From Candidatus Nanoarchaeia archaeon (GTDB lineage Archaea > Nanobdellota > Nanobdellia > SCGC-AAA011-G17 > JACPNG01), in contig JAQTMK010000001.1 in the NCBI GenBank assembly GCA_028714375.1, positions 136,988 to 200,987 of the forward strand: 64,000 nucleotides of DNA, read 5' to 3'. Made by a program: the position numbers and the translations under genes. Below, piece by piece: positions 1-10,130 of this stretch. The notes under the pieces were generated by a model. It did no database searches and was not told where the DNA came from. It was given only the letters and a program-made list of their open reading frames with translations. Each line of letters starts with the position of its first letter. Position 1 is the stretch's first letter.

Positions 1-9
1 ATAATCCAA

Positions 10-627
10 ATGGCCGAAGTTATTATTACCTATGAAACTTTATATGAAATTCTTAGAAGGGAAAAGTTCAGAGAAGAACTCCAAAAACTGAATGAAACCT
101 TTTTCCAGGATATAATAAATTATCTTAAGGATAAGAAAACAATTTTGGAATCTCAGCAGACTAAAGTTTCCATTTTTACAAGTGTTGAATCAAGCAAAAC
201 AAAGAAACAGATTGAAAACACGCTTAAGATTCTGAAAGAATTATATGAAAGAAGAGAGGCAAAAATAATCAGAATGGCTACTTTCTCCTCAAGATCAGAA
301 GAGAACAGTGAAGTTGATTCTTTGTTGCCAGAAGAAAAACAATTATACTTAGAATTGAAAACAACTTTGGATTCATACAGACAAGGCATATTATTCAACC
401 TTTTGTCTGAAAAAATGCCTGAAATCTCTAAAAGAGAAGTTTCAAAAGATTTAAAAACCCCCGAAAATCCGAAAGATACTATACTGATTAAGTTTATACA
501 GGCAGTTCCCAAATTTTTAGGGGAAGACTTAAATGTCTATGGTCCTTTTGAACCAGAAGACATAGCAAACTTGCCAGCAAAAACGGCAAATTTATTAATA
601 CAAAAAAGCAGAGCAGAATCAATATGA
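10..627 (+). CDS. GINS Gins51/Gins15-like DNA replication protein (tentative)
   Basis: N-terminal helical region (LYEILRREKFREEL, REAKIIRMA) and C-terminal B-domain-like motif VPKFLGEDLNVYGPFEPEDIANLPAKTANLLI resemble archaeal Gins51. Recognised from memory, not searched. Confidence 0.5.
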   Translation: MAEVIITYETLYEILRREKFREELQKLNETFFQDIINYLKDKKTILESQQTKVSIFTSVESSKTKKQIENTLKILKELYERREAKIIRMATFSSRSEENSEVDSLLPEEKQLYLELKTTLDSYRQGILFNLLSEKMPEISKREVSKDLKTPENPKDTILIKFIQAVPKFLGEDLNVYGPFEPEDIANLPAKTANLLIQKSRAESI

Positions 628-929
628 AAACACCAAAAACAATAAGAAAATATTGTAAGCATTGTAATAAACCTACAGAGCAGGCTATCAGCGCTGCTAA
701 AAAAAGAGACAGAGGTACATTAAAGAGAGGTTCTATTGCTAGAGGTAAAGGAAGAGGACGTGGAACTGGTTTAGGAAACAAAGGAAGATGGGGATCTAAG
801 CCAACAAAACCTAAAATGTTAGGTAAGAAAACCTCTAAGAAAAGAGACTTAAGATATAAATGTAAAGAGTGTGGAAAAACTTCAATTCAAAGATCAGGAG
901 TAAGAACTAAGAAATTAGTTTTTGAATAA
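624..929 (+). CDS. rpl44e: 50S ribosomal protein L44e
   Basis: Start KTPKTIRKYCKHCNKPT... and a C4 zinc ribbon (CKHC...CKEC); basic, 101 aa. ATGA overlap with the upstream gene. Confidence 0.9.
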   Translation: MKTPKTIRKYCKHCNKPTEQAISAAKKRDRGTLKRGSIARGKGRGRGTGLGNKGRWGSKPTKPKMLGKKTSKKRDLRYKCKECGKTSIQRSGVRTKKLVFE

Positions 930-933
930 TTAA

Positions 934-1122
934 ATGAGAACAGCTACAAAAGAACCAAATAGTAAATTTTTGAAAGTAAGATGTTCTAAGTGTAAAAACG
1001 AACAATTTGTATTTGGAAAACCAGCCTCCCAAGTTAACTGTCTAGTTTGCAACACCTCTCTAGTCGAACCTAGCGGAGGAAAAGGAAAAATTAAGGGCAG
1101 AGTCTTGGAGGTATTGGAGTAA
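934..1122 (+). CDS. rps27e: 30S ribosomal protein S27e
   Basis: 62 aa; [32 protein letters not shown] is the S27e C4 zinc-finger signature. Confidence 0.9.
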   Translation: MRTATKEPNSKFLKVRCSKCKNEQFVFGKPASQVNCLVCNTSLVEPSGGKGKIKGRVLEVLE

Positions 1123-1907
1123 TGTTTTATAAGAAAAAAGGATGGCCAGAAGAATCTGACTTAATATTGTGTACTGTTAAAAAAATATTGCCTCATTCTG
1201 TTTTTGTTGACCTTGATGAATATGAAAATTTAGAAGGAATGCTTCACATTTCAGAAGTTGCTCCTGGAAGAATAAGAAATTTAAGGGAATATGTTGTTGA
1301 AGGAAAAAAATTAGTCTGCAAGGTATTAAAAGTAGATTCAAGCCAGAGACATATTGATGTTTCATTGAGAAGAGTTTCAATTGCTTTGATGAGAAAAAAG
1401 AACGAAGAATTTAAACAGGAACAAAAGGCAGAAAAACTTTTGGAATTTTTGGCAAAGAAAAATAAAGTTGAGATTAAGGAAATTTATTTCAAGATTGGAA
1501 ATGCATTGGTTGAGGAATTTGGAAGTTTGTATTATGCTTTTGAGGATATTGTAAGAAATAATAATAGTCTTGTAAGGTTAAAAGTTGATGAAAGATTAAG
1601 AAAAGAACTTGTTGAAATAGTAAGGGAGAAAATAAGCTTACCAGAATTTAAGGTAAAAGGTTTCTTGAAGTTATCTTCTTCAGCCCCAACCGGATTAAGG
1701 GACATCAAAGAAGTAATAAACAAGGGAATTGAATTTGCAAGCAGGAATAAATACAAAGTAAGTTTTGCATACATAAGTGCACCAAAATATGCAGTGGAGG
1801 TTATTTCAAATGATTACAAAACTGCTGAAAAAGCACTAAAGGAAGTTTCAGAATTTATTATCAAAGATCTAATTTCTAAAGGGGGTGTTGGAGAATTCCA
1901 AAAGTAG
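1122..1907 (+). CDS. eif2a: translation initiation factor 2 alpha subunit (aIF2-alpha)
   Basis: N-terminal S1 domain (GWPEESDLILCTVKKI...GMLHISEVAPGRIRNLREYVVEGKKLVCKVLKVD); 261 aa; sits between rps27e and nop10. Confidence 0.9.
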   Translation: MFYKKKGWPEESDLILCTVKKILPHSVFVDLDEYENLEGMLHISEVAPGRIRNLREYVVEGKKLVCKVLKVDSSQRHIDVSLRRVSIALMRKKNEEFKQEQKAEKLLEFLAKKNKVEIKEIYFKIGNALVEEFGSLYYAFEDIVRNNNSLVRLKVDERLRKELVEIVREKISLPEFKVKGFLKLSSSAPTGLRDIKEVINKGIEFASRNKYKVSFAYISAPKYAVEVISNDYKTAEKALKEVSEFIIKDLISKGGVGEFQK

Positions 1908-1912
1908 AAATT

Positions 1913-2062
1913 TTGTATTGTAAAAAGTGTGATATCTACACTCTGAAAGAAAATTGCCCTAAATGTAAACAAAAAACAATGTCCAACAAACCAGCTAAGT
2001 TTTCTATCGAAGATAAGTATGGAAAATATAGAAGAATAGCTAAAAAAGTATATAAAGAGTAA
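1913..2062 (+). CDS. nop10: H/ACA RNP protein Nop10 (49 aa, non-ATG TTG start inferred)
   Basis: Hand translation gives (M)YCKKCDIYTLKENCPKCKQKTMSNKPAKFSIEDKYGKYRRIAKKVYKE*. It has the Zn ribbon and the KFS.EDKY.KYRR motif of archaeal Nop10. Absent from the ORF track; sits between eif2a and PAC2 as expected. Confidence 0.7.
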   Translation: MYCKKCDIYTLKENCPKCKQKTMSNKPAKFSIEDKYGKYRRIAKKVYKE

Positions 2063-2078
2063 ATTTTGTCAATATAAA

Positions 2079-2828
2079 ATGTCATTTGAATTTAAGGTTT
2101 TGAAAAAAGTAAAATTAAACAAACCAATATTGATAGAAGGTCTTCCTGGAATAGGAAATGTAGGAAAGATTACTGCTGATTTTATTATAGAATCTCTTAA
2201 GGCAGAAAAAATAATTGATATCAGGACCTACAATCTGCCAAATGCAGTTTTTGTTGGAGAAGATAATCTGATCGAATTACCTTCATTGGCAATATATTAT
2301 AAAAGATGGAAAAATAATGATATCCTGATCCTTGGAGGAGATGTTCAACCTCTGGATGAAAAATCCTGTTATGAATTTTGTGATTTATTATTACAATTAC
2401 TAAAATCCTATAATACTCAGGAAATTATTACCATTGGAGGTATTGGCCTTGGCACAGCCCCTATGGATCCAAAAGTGTTTGCAACTGCAAATAATAAAAA
2501 AATGCTTGCAAAATACAAGCACAATAAAGTATCAAGCAGTTTATATGGGATTGTTGGTCCAATTGTAGGAGTGACTGGAATTCTTCCAGCCTTGTCTTCA
2601 AGATATGATATTCCTTCAATAATTTTATTGGCAGAAACCTTGGGTCATCCAGGTTATCTTGGCATAAAAGGATCAAGGGCAGTACTGCAGGTTTTAGAAT
2701 CTAAGTTTAGTTTTAAGATGGATCTGAAATCATTGGATGCTGAAATAAATGAACTTGAAACCGAATTAAAAGCCAAAGATTTAAGTTTAATATTAAAAAA
2801 ACAGTCGAGTATAGATTATATTGGTTAA
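2079..2828 (+). CDS. proteasome assembly chaperone PAC2-family protein
   Basis: LIEGLPGIGNVGKITADFII motif typical of archaeal PAC2/ATP-grasp-like proteins; in its usual place after nop10. Confidence 0.8.
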   Translation: MSFEFKVLKKVKLNKPILIEGLPGIGNVGKITADFIIESLKAEKIIDIRTYNLPNAVFVGEDNLIELPSLAIYYKRWKNNDILILGGDVQPLDEKSCYEFCDLLLQLLKSYNTQEIITIGGIGLGTAPMDPKVFATANNKKMLAKYKHNKVSSSLYGIVGPIVGVTGILPALSSRYDIPSIILLAETLGHPGYLGIKGSRAVLQVLESKFSFKMDLKSLDAEINELETELKAKDLSLILKKQSSIDYIG

Positions 2829-4039
2829 AACAATTTTTTTTGTTCTTCTTTGCTTGCTTTAATCTCACCATAAACTCCGTCATACCCAGGATTTATTTTT
2901 AATTTTCCTTCTCTGCTCATTAAAATCAAATCAGCAAGTTTCCTATCGCTTATTTTTAAAATATCTTCATGTTTTTTATGAATTAAGATATCATACTCAT
3001 TTCCAAGATGTTTTGTCATTCTTTCATAAACTTCTAGAACTTTCTTAGATTCAACATTTTTACTGCCTACAGAAGCAGCAATCAATTCTGCAAGAGGAAT
3101 TAGTTTGTAAAATGGTTTATAATTTTTTGATTTATACCCAAATTTTCTAGTTGCCAATTCCTCAACTCTGTAATCAACTCCGATAGTTAAAGGTTTTTTA
3201 CAAACAGGACATATACCATTAAGTTTTTTGCTTTCAGTAGGAGTTAGCTGAACATTACAGGCTCTGTGACCATCCCAATGATATTTTCCGTATTCAGGAT
3301 AAACCTCAATTGTTCCTGCTAAATTTTTTCCGGTTCTTATAGCATTTAATATATTTTTATAACTCATCTCTCCATCGAACATTGTTGCCTCTCTTCCAAT
3401 CCTCCATGGATGATGGCTGTGCATGTCAGAAAAACTAACAATATTAAAATTGTCTAAACTTTCAACTCTCATATTCATTTCAACATCAGAACTCATACCA
3501 GTTTCAAAAGCATGAATTTTATTTACTTTGTCTCCAAAACAAGCTTGTAAGGAATCAAATCCAGACTTACTCCCTAAAGCACCAAACCAAGAAGTCCAAA
3601 TATGTGCGGGAATTACTTCAATCTTATCACTTATGTTATTTAATTTTTCAACAAACTCAATGCTTGACATTCCAAAAATTGGCCTTCCATCATAATCAAC
3701 TCTTCCTTTTTTCAATAATTCATCAGTAATCTGTTTTACAACTTCACCATTTGGAGCCAAAACAAGATGATGGACCCTTCTTCCTTTTCCATCTTGGGTA
3801 TATGCTAAAGAAATCTCAGTCTGCCATAAAAAAGGAAATTTATTTTTAGTCCATAATATCCCATTTTCGTCCTCAGTTAGTTTTTCTTTGATTTCTTTTA
3901 TCCATAAAGGATGTGTAAAATCTCCGACTCCCAATATATTGATCCCTTTTGTTCTTGCACCGTTTTCAAGATTTTCAATTGTGATATTTTTACTGCAGGC
4001 AGCAGAATATCTGCTATGTATATGTAAATCAGCAATCAT
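2825..4039 (-). CDS. PHP-domain nuclease, endonuclease Q (EndoQ)-like
   Basis: N-terminal MIADLHIHSRYS PHP metal-binding start, further His/Asp motifs, and a C-terminal Zn finger (CPVCKKP). The EndoQ assignment is from memory of the family architecture. Confidence 0.5.
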   Translation of the reverse strand: MIADLHIHSRYSAACSKNITIENLENGARTKGINILGVGDFTHPLWIKEIKEKLTEDENGILWTKNKFPFLWQTEISLAYTQDGKGRRVHHLVLAPNGEVVKQITDELLKKGRVDYDGRPIFGMSSIEFVEKLNNISDKIEVIPAHIWTSWFGALGSKSGFDSLQACFGDKVNKIHAFETGMSSDVEMNMRVESLDNFNIVSFSDMHSHHPWRIGREATMFDGEMSYKNILNAIRTGKNLAGTIEVYPEYGKYHWDGHRACNVQLTPTESKKLNGICPVCKKPLTIGVDYRVEELATRKFGYKSKNYKPFYKLIPLAELIAASVGSKNVESKKVLEVYERMTKHLGNEYDILIHKKHEDILKISDRKLADLILMSREGKLKINPGYDGVYGEIKASKEEQKKLF

Positions 4040-4069
4040 AAAAATAAAAAAAGAAAGAAGTATTTAAGG

Positions 4070-4999
4070 TTAATTAAAGTCAGTATTTTCTACTGTAAAG
4101 GAAGTAGCAATTGAATCTTTGTACATGTAACTTAATTCAATGTTGATTGGTTTGCTAAATGCAGTTTCCTGTAATCCAGATGTTTCAATATCACAACTGA
4201 CTGTTCTTCCTCCAGATATCAAATCCACAATGCCTTCACTCCCATCATTTAATCTTGAACATTTAATTGGAATATTTCCAGTAGTGCTCACTTTAACTCT
4301 TACTTGTTCATCCATATCAGGAGTTTCAACACATTCAGATCCAAATACACCAGGAGCATAAACCATCCCTGTTCCCTGAGTCATTATATCGAAAGTTAAT
4401 TTGATTGATGAACTTCTTGGAATCTGACTCATGCTTACTACATGAACTGGAGCTCCAGAGTTTTCTAGTCCCATATTTTCATTGTTTACAGTGCATAAAT
4501 CCTCAGTAGTGTCGTCATTTGGTTTTTTCTTTAAACATATATCTGCAACAGCTTTTGTATTATACTCATAACAGACATCTGCTCTTAAATCAACTGGGAA
4601 ATCAGAATCTAGATTGTACTTATAATTCATTCTCTTAAATCTTATTTCTAGTTGGTCTGACTCAGTAACTGTGTCTCTTATCTTGGTTTTCTTTTCCAGT
4701 TTGGTAGGAGATGATTGTGATAAAGAACTCATTGAAAATGCATCTCTTTCAACTCCCTGTAATGTAACAATTAACCTTCCAGAATCAATATCAGCCTCAC
4801 CATCGTTTATAGCTAATATGCTTACATCAAATTCATCTTCTGCATTGTCTCCAACTACAGATGGAGGTTCTCCATCAACAAAACTTAAAGTTAGTCCTGT
4901 AGTCCCACCAATAAATCGGTTAGATGTACTACTGTCTTCAGTACTTGTGCACCCAAACAAAAATAAAACAACAAATAGAGCCATTAAATATTTTTTCAT
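4070..4999 (-). CDS. secreted lipoprotein, unknown function
   Basis: Signal peptide ending in the lipobox LFGC; Ser/Thr-rich linker. Confidence 0.5.
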   Translation of the reverse strand: MKKYLMALFVVLFLFGCTSTEDSSTSNRFIGGTTGLTLSFVDGEPPSVVGDNAEDEFDVSILAINDGEADIDSGRLIVTLQGVERDAFSMSSLSQSSPTKLEKKTKIRDTVTESDQLEIRFKRMNYKYNLDSDFPVDLRADVCYEYNTKAVADICLKKKPNDDTTEDLCTVNNENMGLENSGAPVHVVSMSQIPRSSSIKLTFDIMTQGTGMVYAPGVFGSECVETPDMDEQVRVKVSTTGNIPIKCSRLNDGSEGIVDLISGGRTVSCDIETSGLQETAFSKPINIELSYMYKDSIATSFTVENTDFN

Positions 5000-5000
5000 T

Positions 5001-6284
5001 TTAGTTTTCCTCCAGATAAATATTCAAACTTTCAATATCAAAATCATTCTTAGGTATTATTTTGATGTAGTTTGCACCTCTTTGGATATACTCAGAGATG
5101 TCTTTTACAAATGTTTCCTTGGTAACATCCATGTTGAATTTAATATCATTTACTGCAATCTGTGACTGTTTTCTGTCAACAGCGTTCTTGAATTTAAATC
5201 TTAAGATAACATCATATTTTGTATAATCTGATTTACAGTCATCTATACACTCATTGTAGTCCGTTGTTCCTTTTGTATAATCATCCTTACATTCATCTTC
5301 ACAGGTAGTGTAATCAATATTGTCAACATAGTCATAATCATCGTCTTCAATGAAGAATGTATATTCTGCTTCTAATTTTTCAGAAACATCAAGATTAATC
5401 TGAACATCCTCCAACTTATAATTTCCCTTATCAATACTGAATTCTATTGAGTTGCTTCCTTCTTCAAGATCCTCTTCAGATATGTCTATTTTTGTTTCTT
5501 TAGCATCACAAAGCACCCTTTCTTTATTGATTGATCTGCCGTTCATCTTAATTTCCAATAATCCCTCTTCAATATTAATGCAGTTCAAGTAATAAGTTAA
5601 TTCTGCGGTTTTAATTCCTTTTTTCTCAGAAGCAGTCAATACAAAGTTTCTTCTTACGTTTTTGTTTTCTAATTTACTTACATATTTTAACTGAATTGTT
5701 TTTAATTCAAATTCGTTCTTGAAAATAAATGAGTTAGTGCTAATCTTTAATGTATTATCTTTTTGCAAATAACTTGTTGGAAGATTAATCGGTATGTCCT
5801 GGCTGTTGATTTCATCATCAAATATCTTAACTCCGTTTAATTCTACTTTAAGATTTCCTGATCCATCGTTTATGAAGAAATATAAATCAAGACTTTGGGC
5901 CATGTCTACATCATCAAGTCTGAAATACATTGTCTGAGAACCATCCTTAAACAAACTATCGCTTACATAAAGTCTGTCAGCAAGTTTGATTATTTCCTCA
6001 CTGTTTTTTGAATATAATGCAATGTCTCCAAATTCTTTCTCCACTGTATCTTCATCTAACTTGTAAACTCTTCCTGGAGAAACTGCCAGCAAACTGATTT
6101 TATCCAATTCGCTCTGACTTACATTAGAACCTGGAATCACTCCAGTATCATATTTTAATAATTCCTCTCTTTCATCAGCAGGTAATAAAATAACATAAAC
6201 AATAATGAATAAAGCCAAAAGAAGTACAAAAGTAGCTATTGCTACACCACCCTCAAGTTCCCCTCTCTTAGATTTCATATTCAA
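5001..6284 (-). CDS. large secreted protein with class III (pilin-like) signal peptide
   Basis: N-terminus MNMKSKRGELEGGVAIATFVLLLALFIIVYVILL: KRG followed by a hydrophobic helix, the archaeal prepilin-like pattern. 427 aa extracellular domain. Confidence 0.5.
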   Translation of the reverse strand: MNMKSKRGELEGGVAIATFVLLLALFIIVYVILLPADEREELLKYDTGVIPGSNVSQSELDKISLLAVSPGRVYKLDEDTVEKEFGDIALYSKNSEEIIKLADRLYVSDSLFKDGSQTMYFRLDDVDMAQSLDLYFFINDGSGNLKVELNGVKIFDDEINSQDIPINLPTSYLQKDNTLKISTNSFIFKNEFELKTIQLKYVSKLENKNVRRNFVLTASEKKGIKTAELTYYLNCINIEEGLLEIKMNGRSINKERVLCDAKETKIDISEEDLEEGSNSIEFSIDKGNYKLEDVQINLDVSEKLEAEYTFFIEDDDYDYVDNIDYTTCEDECKDDYTKGTTDYNECIDDCKSDYTKYDVILRFKFKNAVDRKQSQIAVNDIKFNMDVTKETFVKDISEYIQRGANYIKIIPKNDFDIESLNIYLEEN

Positions 6285-6325
6285 ATGAATAAGTTTATTA
6301 ATATATAAAGTTTATTATTAAAAAA

Positions 6326-7387
6326 ATGAAGATTATTAGTTCTGATTTTAAAAAAGGAAATGTAAAATTAAAAGTAGAAAGTTCTGAAGACTTATGGTAC
6401 CTGTCCCAAATACTTGATAAATCAGACCTTATTACAGGAAAAGCAACAAGAAAAATAAAATTGGGAAGCTCAGATTCCAAGTCTTCTTCTGTAAAAAAGA
6501 CTTTTACTTTAAAAATAGAACTTGAAAAGCCAGAATATGACCCATCTACAAACTCCTTAAGGTTATTGGGGTTGGTTAAGAGTGAAATTGAGGATATACC
6601 AAAAGATTCTCACCATTCAATCGTTGTTGAACCAGATTCTATAATTACAATAGAGAAACAATGGCTAAAGTATCAGATTCAGAGATTAAAAGAGGCTTCA
6701 GAAACAAAAAAAGCTGAAGTATTGATTTTAGTATTAGACAGAAGTGATGCATCCTTTGCTTTGTTGACATCTCATGGCTACGATTATCTTACAGAAATTG
6801 AAGGCGAAGTTGAAAACAAAAGAGTAAAACAAAAACTTGACAAGAATTTTTATCTGGAAATAATAACCAAACTTGAAGAATATGTTAAAAGATTTAATAT
6901 CAAAACTGTTATTTTAGCATCACCTTCTTTTTGGAAAGAGGATTTCCTTAAAGAAGTGGAAATTAAAAACATTGAACTGGCAAATAAAATAAAACTTGCT
7001 TCATGTAATACTACTGGAAAAGCCGGTGTTGAAGAGGTATTGAACAGGACCGAAGTAAAACAAATCCTAAAGCAGGACAGGATTATTTTAGAGATGGATA
7101 TAATTGATGAATTTTTAAGAAATGTTGCAAAAGAAACCCTATCTGCTTATGGCTTTACTCATGTTGAAAGGGCTGCAAATGCAGGAGCAGTCTCTAAATT
7201 ACTTTTAACAGATAAATTTCTCTTGGAAGCTAAAGAAAAATCTAATTTTGAAAGAATAGAGTCAGTAATGAAAACTGTGGAGTCTGCAGGAGGAGAAATA
7301 ACAATAATATCAACAGAGCACGATGGTGGAAAAAAACTCCAGGGCTTAAGTGGGATTGCAGCAATTTTAAGGTACGAATTTAAATAA
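6326..7387 (+). CDS. pelA: mRNA surveillance protein Pelota (Dom34 homologue)
   Basis: MKIISSDFKKGNVKLKVESSEDLWYLSQILDKSDLITGKATRKIK is the typical Pelota N-terminus; eRF1-like length (353 aa). Confidence 0.85.
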   Translation: MKIISSDFKKGNVKLKVESSEDLWYLSQILDKSDLITGKATRKIKLGSSDSKSSSVKKTFTLKIELEKPEYDPSTNSLRLLGLVKSEIEDIPKDSHHSIVVEPDSIITIEKQWLKYQIQRLKEASETKKAEVLILVLDRSDASFALLTSHGYDYLTEIEGEVENKRVKQKLDKNFYLEIITKLEEYVKRFNIKTVILASPSFWKEDFLKEVEIKNIELANKIKLASCNTTGKAGVEEVLNRTEVKQILKQDRIILEMDIIDEFLRNVAKETLSAYGFTHVERAANAGAVSKLLLTDKFLLEAKEKSNFERIESVMKTVESAGGEITIISTEHDGGKKLQGLSGIAAILRYEFK

Positions 7388-8404
7388 TCTTGGTTCTCTT
7401 ACCAACAATTTTAAAACAAACTTAGAAGGGAAATCCCTGTCATAGTCTCCTATTATAGTTCTTAATTTTTCCTGACTAAATAATTCAACAAGTTCGTTGT
7501 ATTTTTTATCATTGAATCTGTCCAGTTTTTTTCTCATTACAAGATTTAACATTAATTCTTTCTTAAGTTTTTGATTAACTCTAAACTCATAATTTTTAAA
7601 ACCCTTGGAAAATTCTTTTGCAGCAATCAGTCCAGGGATAATCCCCCCGAAAGTTGTTGCTTTAACCTGGGTTGCTGCATCCCCAACCAAAAAAATATTG
7701 TTTTTGGATATTTTTATTAAAGGATCATAAAAGGGGATAATCCCCCCCTGATTGTCAAGAACTTTTCCGTTCTCCAATATCAAAAGTTTCTTGAACTCAA
7801 TATTTAGATCTTTATTTGAAGCGACACCAATCCTGGCAATTTTTTTGTTTTCAGGAACAACCCATGAAAAACTTCCAATACCAAGATAAAACTTAACCAA
7901 ATCTTCATTAAAATTACCTTTAAGTCTTGCCTGTTTTGCAGCAATAAATTTTCTTTTGTTAAATAATCCGGAATCTCTTGCAACTCTTGAATAAGGTCCA
8001 TCAGCGCCAATAATAAAATCATCTTTTATCCTTAAATCTTTAAAGATTAATTCATTGCCTCTTAATCTCAATAATTTTTTATTTAAGATAATCTTAGCTC
8101 CTCTTTCTCTTGCTTTGTCAGCAAAAAAATTATCAAACCTTACCCGATCTAAAACAAGATTCTTATTTCTTAATTTAATAAAAATGCTTTTTCCGTTGGG
8201 AGCGATTATTTCTGCTTCAGGAATTTTATTAAGCACATAATCCTCACAGTAAATGTCCTTAGGTAAATTATTTGTGATAATTCCAGTGCATTGAACAGGT
8301 TCTCCAATCTTTTTATCCTCTTCATATATCTTGACATCATACTGCTTGGCCAGATTATAACCAGAATATGTTCCTGCAGGTCCTGCTCCAATAATTGATA
8401 CCAT
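7367..8404 (-). CDS. geranylgeranyl reductase family FAD-dependent oxidoreductase
   Basis: N-terminal IIGAGPAGTYSGYNLA dinucleotide-binding motif and overall GGR-like pattern. Confidence 0.75.
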   Translation of the reverse strand: MVSIIGAGPAGTYSGYNLAKQYDVKIYEEDKKIGEPVQCTGIITNNLPKDIYCEDYVLNKIPEAEIIAPNGKSIFIKLRNKNLVLDRVRFDNFFADKARERGAKIILNKKLLRLRGNELIFKDLRIKDDFIIGADGPYSRVARDSGLFNKRKFIAAKQARLKGNFNEDLVKFYLGIGSFSWVVPENKKIARIGVASNKDLNIEFKKLLILENGKVLDNQGGIIPFYDPLIKISKNNIFLVGDAATQVKATTFGGIIPGLIAAKEFSKGFKNYEFRVNQKLKKELMLNLVMRKKLDRFNDKKYNELVELFSQEKLRTIIGDYDRDFPSKFVLKLLVREPRLFKFVP

Positions 8405-8444
8405 CTTAGTAAATTATTTAAACTCTTTAAAGTTCTTAAATCCT

Positions 8445-10130
8445 ATGGGTTTAATTAAGACAATTAGAGATGTTAAAAGACTTAAAAATATTGCGAATGT
8501 ATTATTCTCATATGAATTAGGTAATTTAGTGCATAATCTGGGACTAAGTTCTCATATCCCATTCACAAAAAGGCTCAGTAAAGAACAATTTATCGATAAA
8601 TCTGATTTTGTTGCCTACAGATTAAGGCAGTCTATGGAAGAACTTTCTGGAGCTTTTGTTAAGCTTGGACAGTTATTGAGTTTGCGTCCAGATCTGATTC
8701 CAAAAGAATACTGCGAGGAATTTTCAAAACTACAGGATCATGTTGCTCCATTTAGTTTTGTATCTGTTAAAAAAATAGTTGAAGAAGAATTAAAAAAACC
8801 CTTGGAGATGGCATTTTCTTCATTTGATAAAGACCCAATTGCATCTGCTTCAATAGGTCAAGTTCACAAAGCAAAATTAATTTCAGGGGAAACAGTTGCT
8901 GTCAAGGTTCAGAGACCATTCATCGATGAGATTTTCGAGACAGACATGGATCTGCTTTTCCACATTGCACATCTTGCTGAAAAGAATATGCCTGAATTAA
9001 GACAGTATGACCTGAATGCAATTGTAAAAGAATTTGAGGATTATACAAAAAAAGAACTGAATTATATTGTTGAAGCAAAAAACATAGAGGAATTTTATAA
9101 TAATTTCAAGAAAGATAATAATGTAAAGATCCCAAAAATATTCTGGAATTTTACAACCAAGAAGGTTTTGGTAATGGAATTTATTGAAGGAGAAAAAATA
9201 AAGGAAATTAAAAAACTAACTCCTACAAAAAAGAAAAAAATAGTGGATTTGATAACAAAATCAGTTATCAAACAAATTCTGGAGTATCATTTATTCCATG
9301 CAGATCCACACCCAGGAAATCTATTGATGTTGAAAGATGATAAGATTGCTTTCCTTGATTTTGGAATCGTAGGAAGATTAAGTGACGACTTGATAGAAAA
9401 AATAGAAGGAGTCATGATTGGATTAATTCTTCCAGATAAGGAATTATTATCAAGATCTTTGATTGAATTGGGATTTGTTAAAGAAGAGATTTATATTGAT
9501 GAATTTAAGGAAGATCTTTCCCATTATCTTGGTCAGTACTATGGTGTAAATGAAACTAAGATTGATTTGACTTCAGCAATGTATGATTTGATTTCATTGT
9601 CCAGAAAGTATAAGATGAAACTTCCAACCAACTTTGTTTTGCTGGTTAAGTCTTTGGCAACTTTGGAGGGACTGGTCAGGGAACTTGATCCAGAATACAA
9701 TCTTGTTGAATCCTTTAAGCCCTATGTGCAGAAGTTAGCAAAAAAAAGAAAGTCAGCAAAATATGGTTTGAAAAAATTAAAAAGTACAGCAGAGGATTTC
9801 ACATATACAATAAAAGAACTTCCAAAAGATATGAGGGATGCATTGAAAAATATAAAACAAGGAAATTTAAAATTAAATATTGATAACAAAGACATAAGAA
9901 GGTTTACCCTTGAAATAGATCGTTCAAGCAACAGGATTACCTATGGTTTGATTATTGCAGCATTGCTGGTTTCAGGCGCCTTGGTTATAATGGCAGACCT
10001 TCCACCATTCTATGAAGATATCCCAATGCTCGGAATTGTTTTCTTTTTATTGGCAGTTGTGTTCATATTCATATTTGTCATATCTATAATTATAGAAAAA
10101 ATAAGAGGGAGGAAAAATGAAGAAGATTAG
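8445..10130 (+). CDS. ABC1/UbiB-family atypical protein kinase
   Basis: AFVKLGQLLSLRPDLIP and IASASIGQVHKAKL motifs characteristic of ABC1/ADCK kinases; C-terminal TM helices. Confidence 0.8.
   Translation: MGLIKTIRDVKRLKNIANVLFSYELGNLVHNLGLSSHIPFTKRLSKEQFIDKSDFVAYRLRQSMEELSGAFVKLGQLLSLRPDLIPKEYCEEFSKLQDHVAPFSFVSVKKIVEEELKKPLEMAFSSFDKDPIASASIGQVHKAKLISGETVAVKVQRPFIDEIFETDMDLLFHIAHLAEKNMPELRQYDLNAIVKEFEDYTKKELNYIVEAKNIEEFYNNFKKDNNVKIPKIFWNFTTKKVLVMEFIEGEKIKEIKKLTPTKKKKIVDLITKSVIKQILEYHLFHADPHPGNLLMLKDDKIAFLDFGIVGRLSDDLIEKIEGVMIGLILPDKELLSRSLIELGFVKEEIYIDEFKEDLSHYLGQYYGVNETKIDLTSAMYDLISLSRKYKMKLPTNFVLLVKSLATLEGLVRELDPEYNLVESFKPYVQKLAKKRKSAKYGLKKLKSTAEDFTYTIKELPKDMRDALKNIKQGNLKLNIDNKDIRRFTLEIDRSSNRITYGLIIAALLVSGALVIMADLPPFYEDIPMLGIVFFLLAVVFIFIFVISIIIEKIRGRKNEED

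Noticed and set aside
153-781. Minus-strand ORFs 153-512 and 494-781 in the ORF track
   Set aside because: They are antisense to the Gins-like and L44e genes, and their sequences are low-complexity. Judged spurious.
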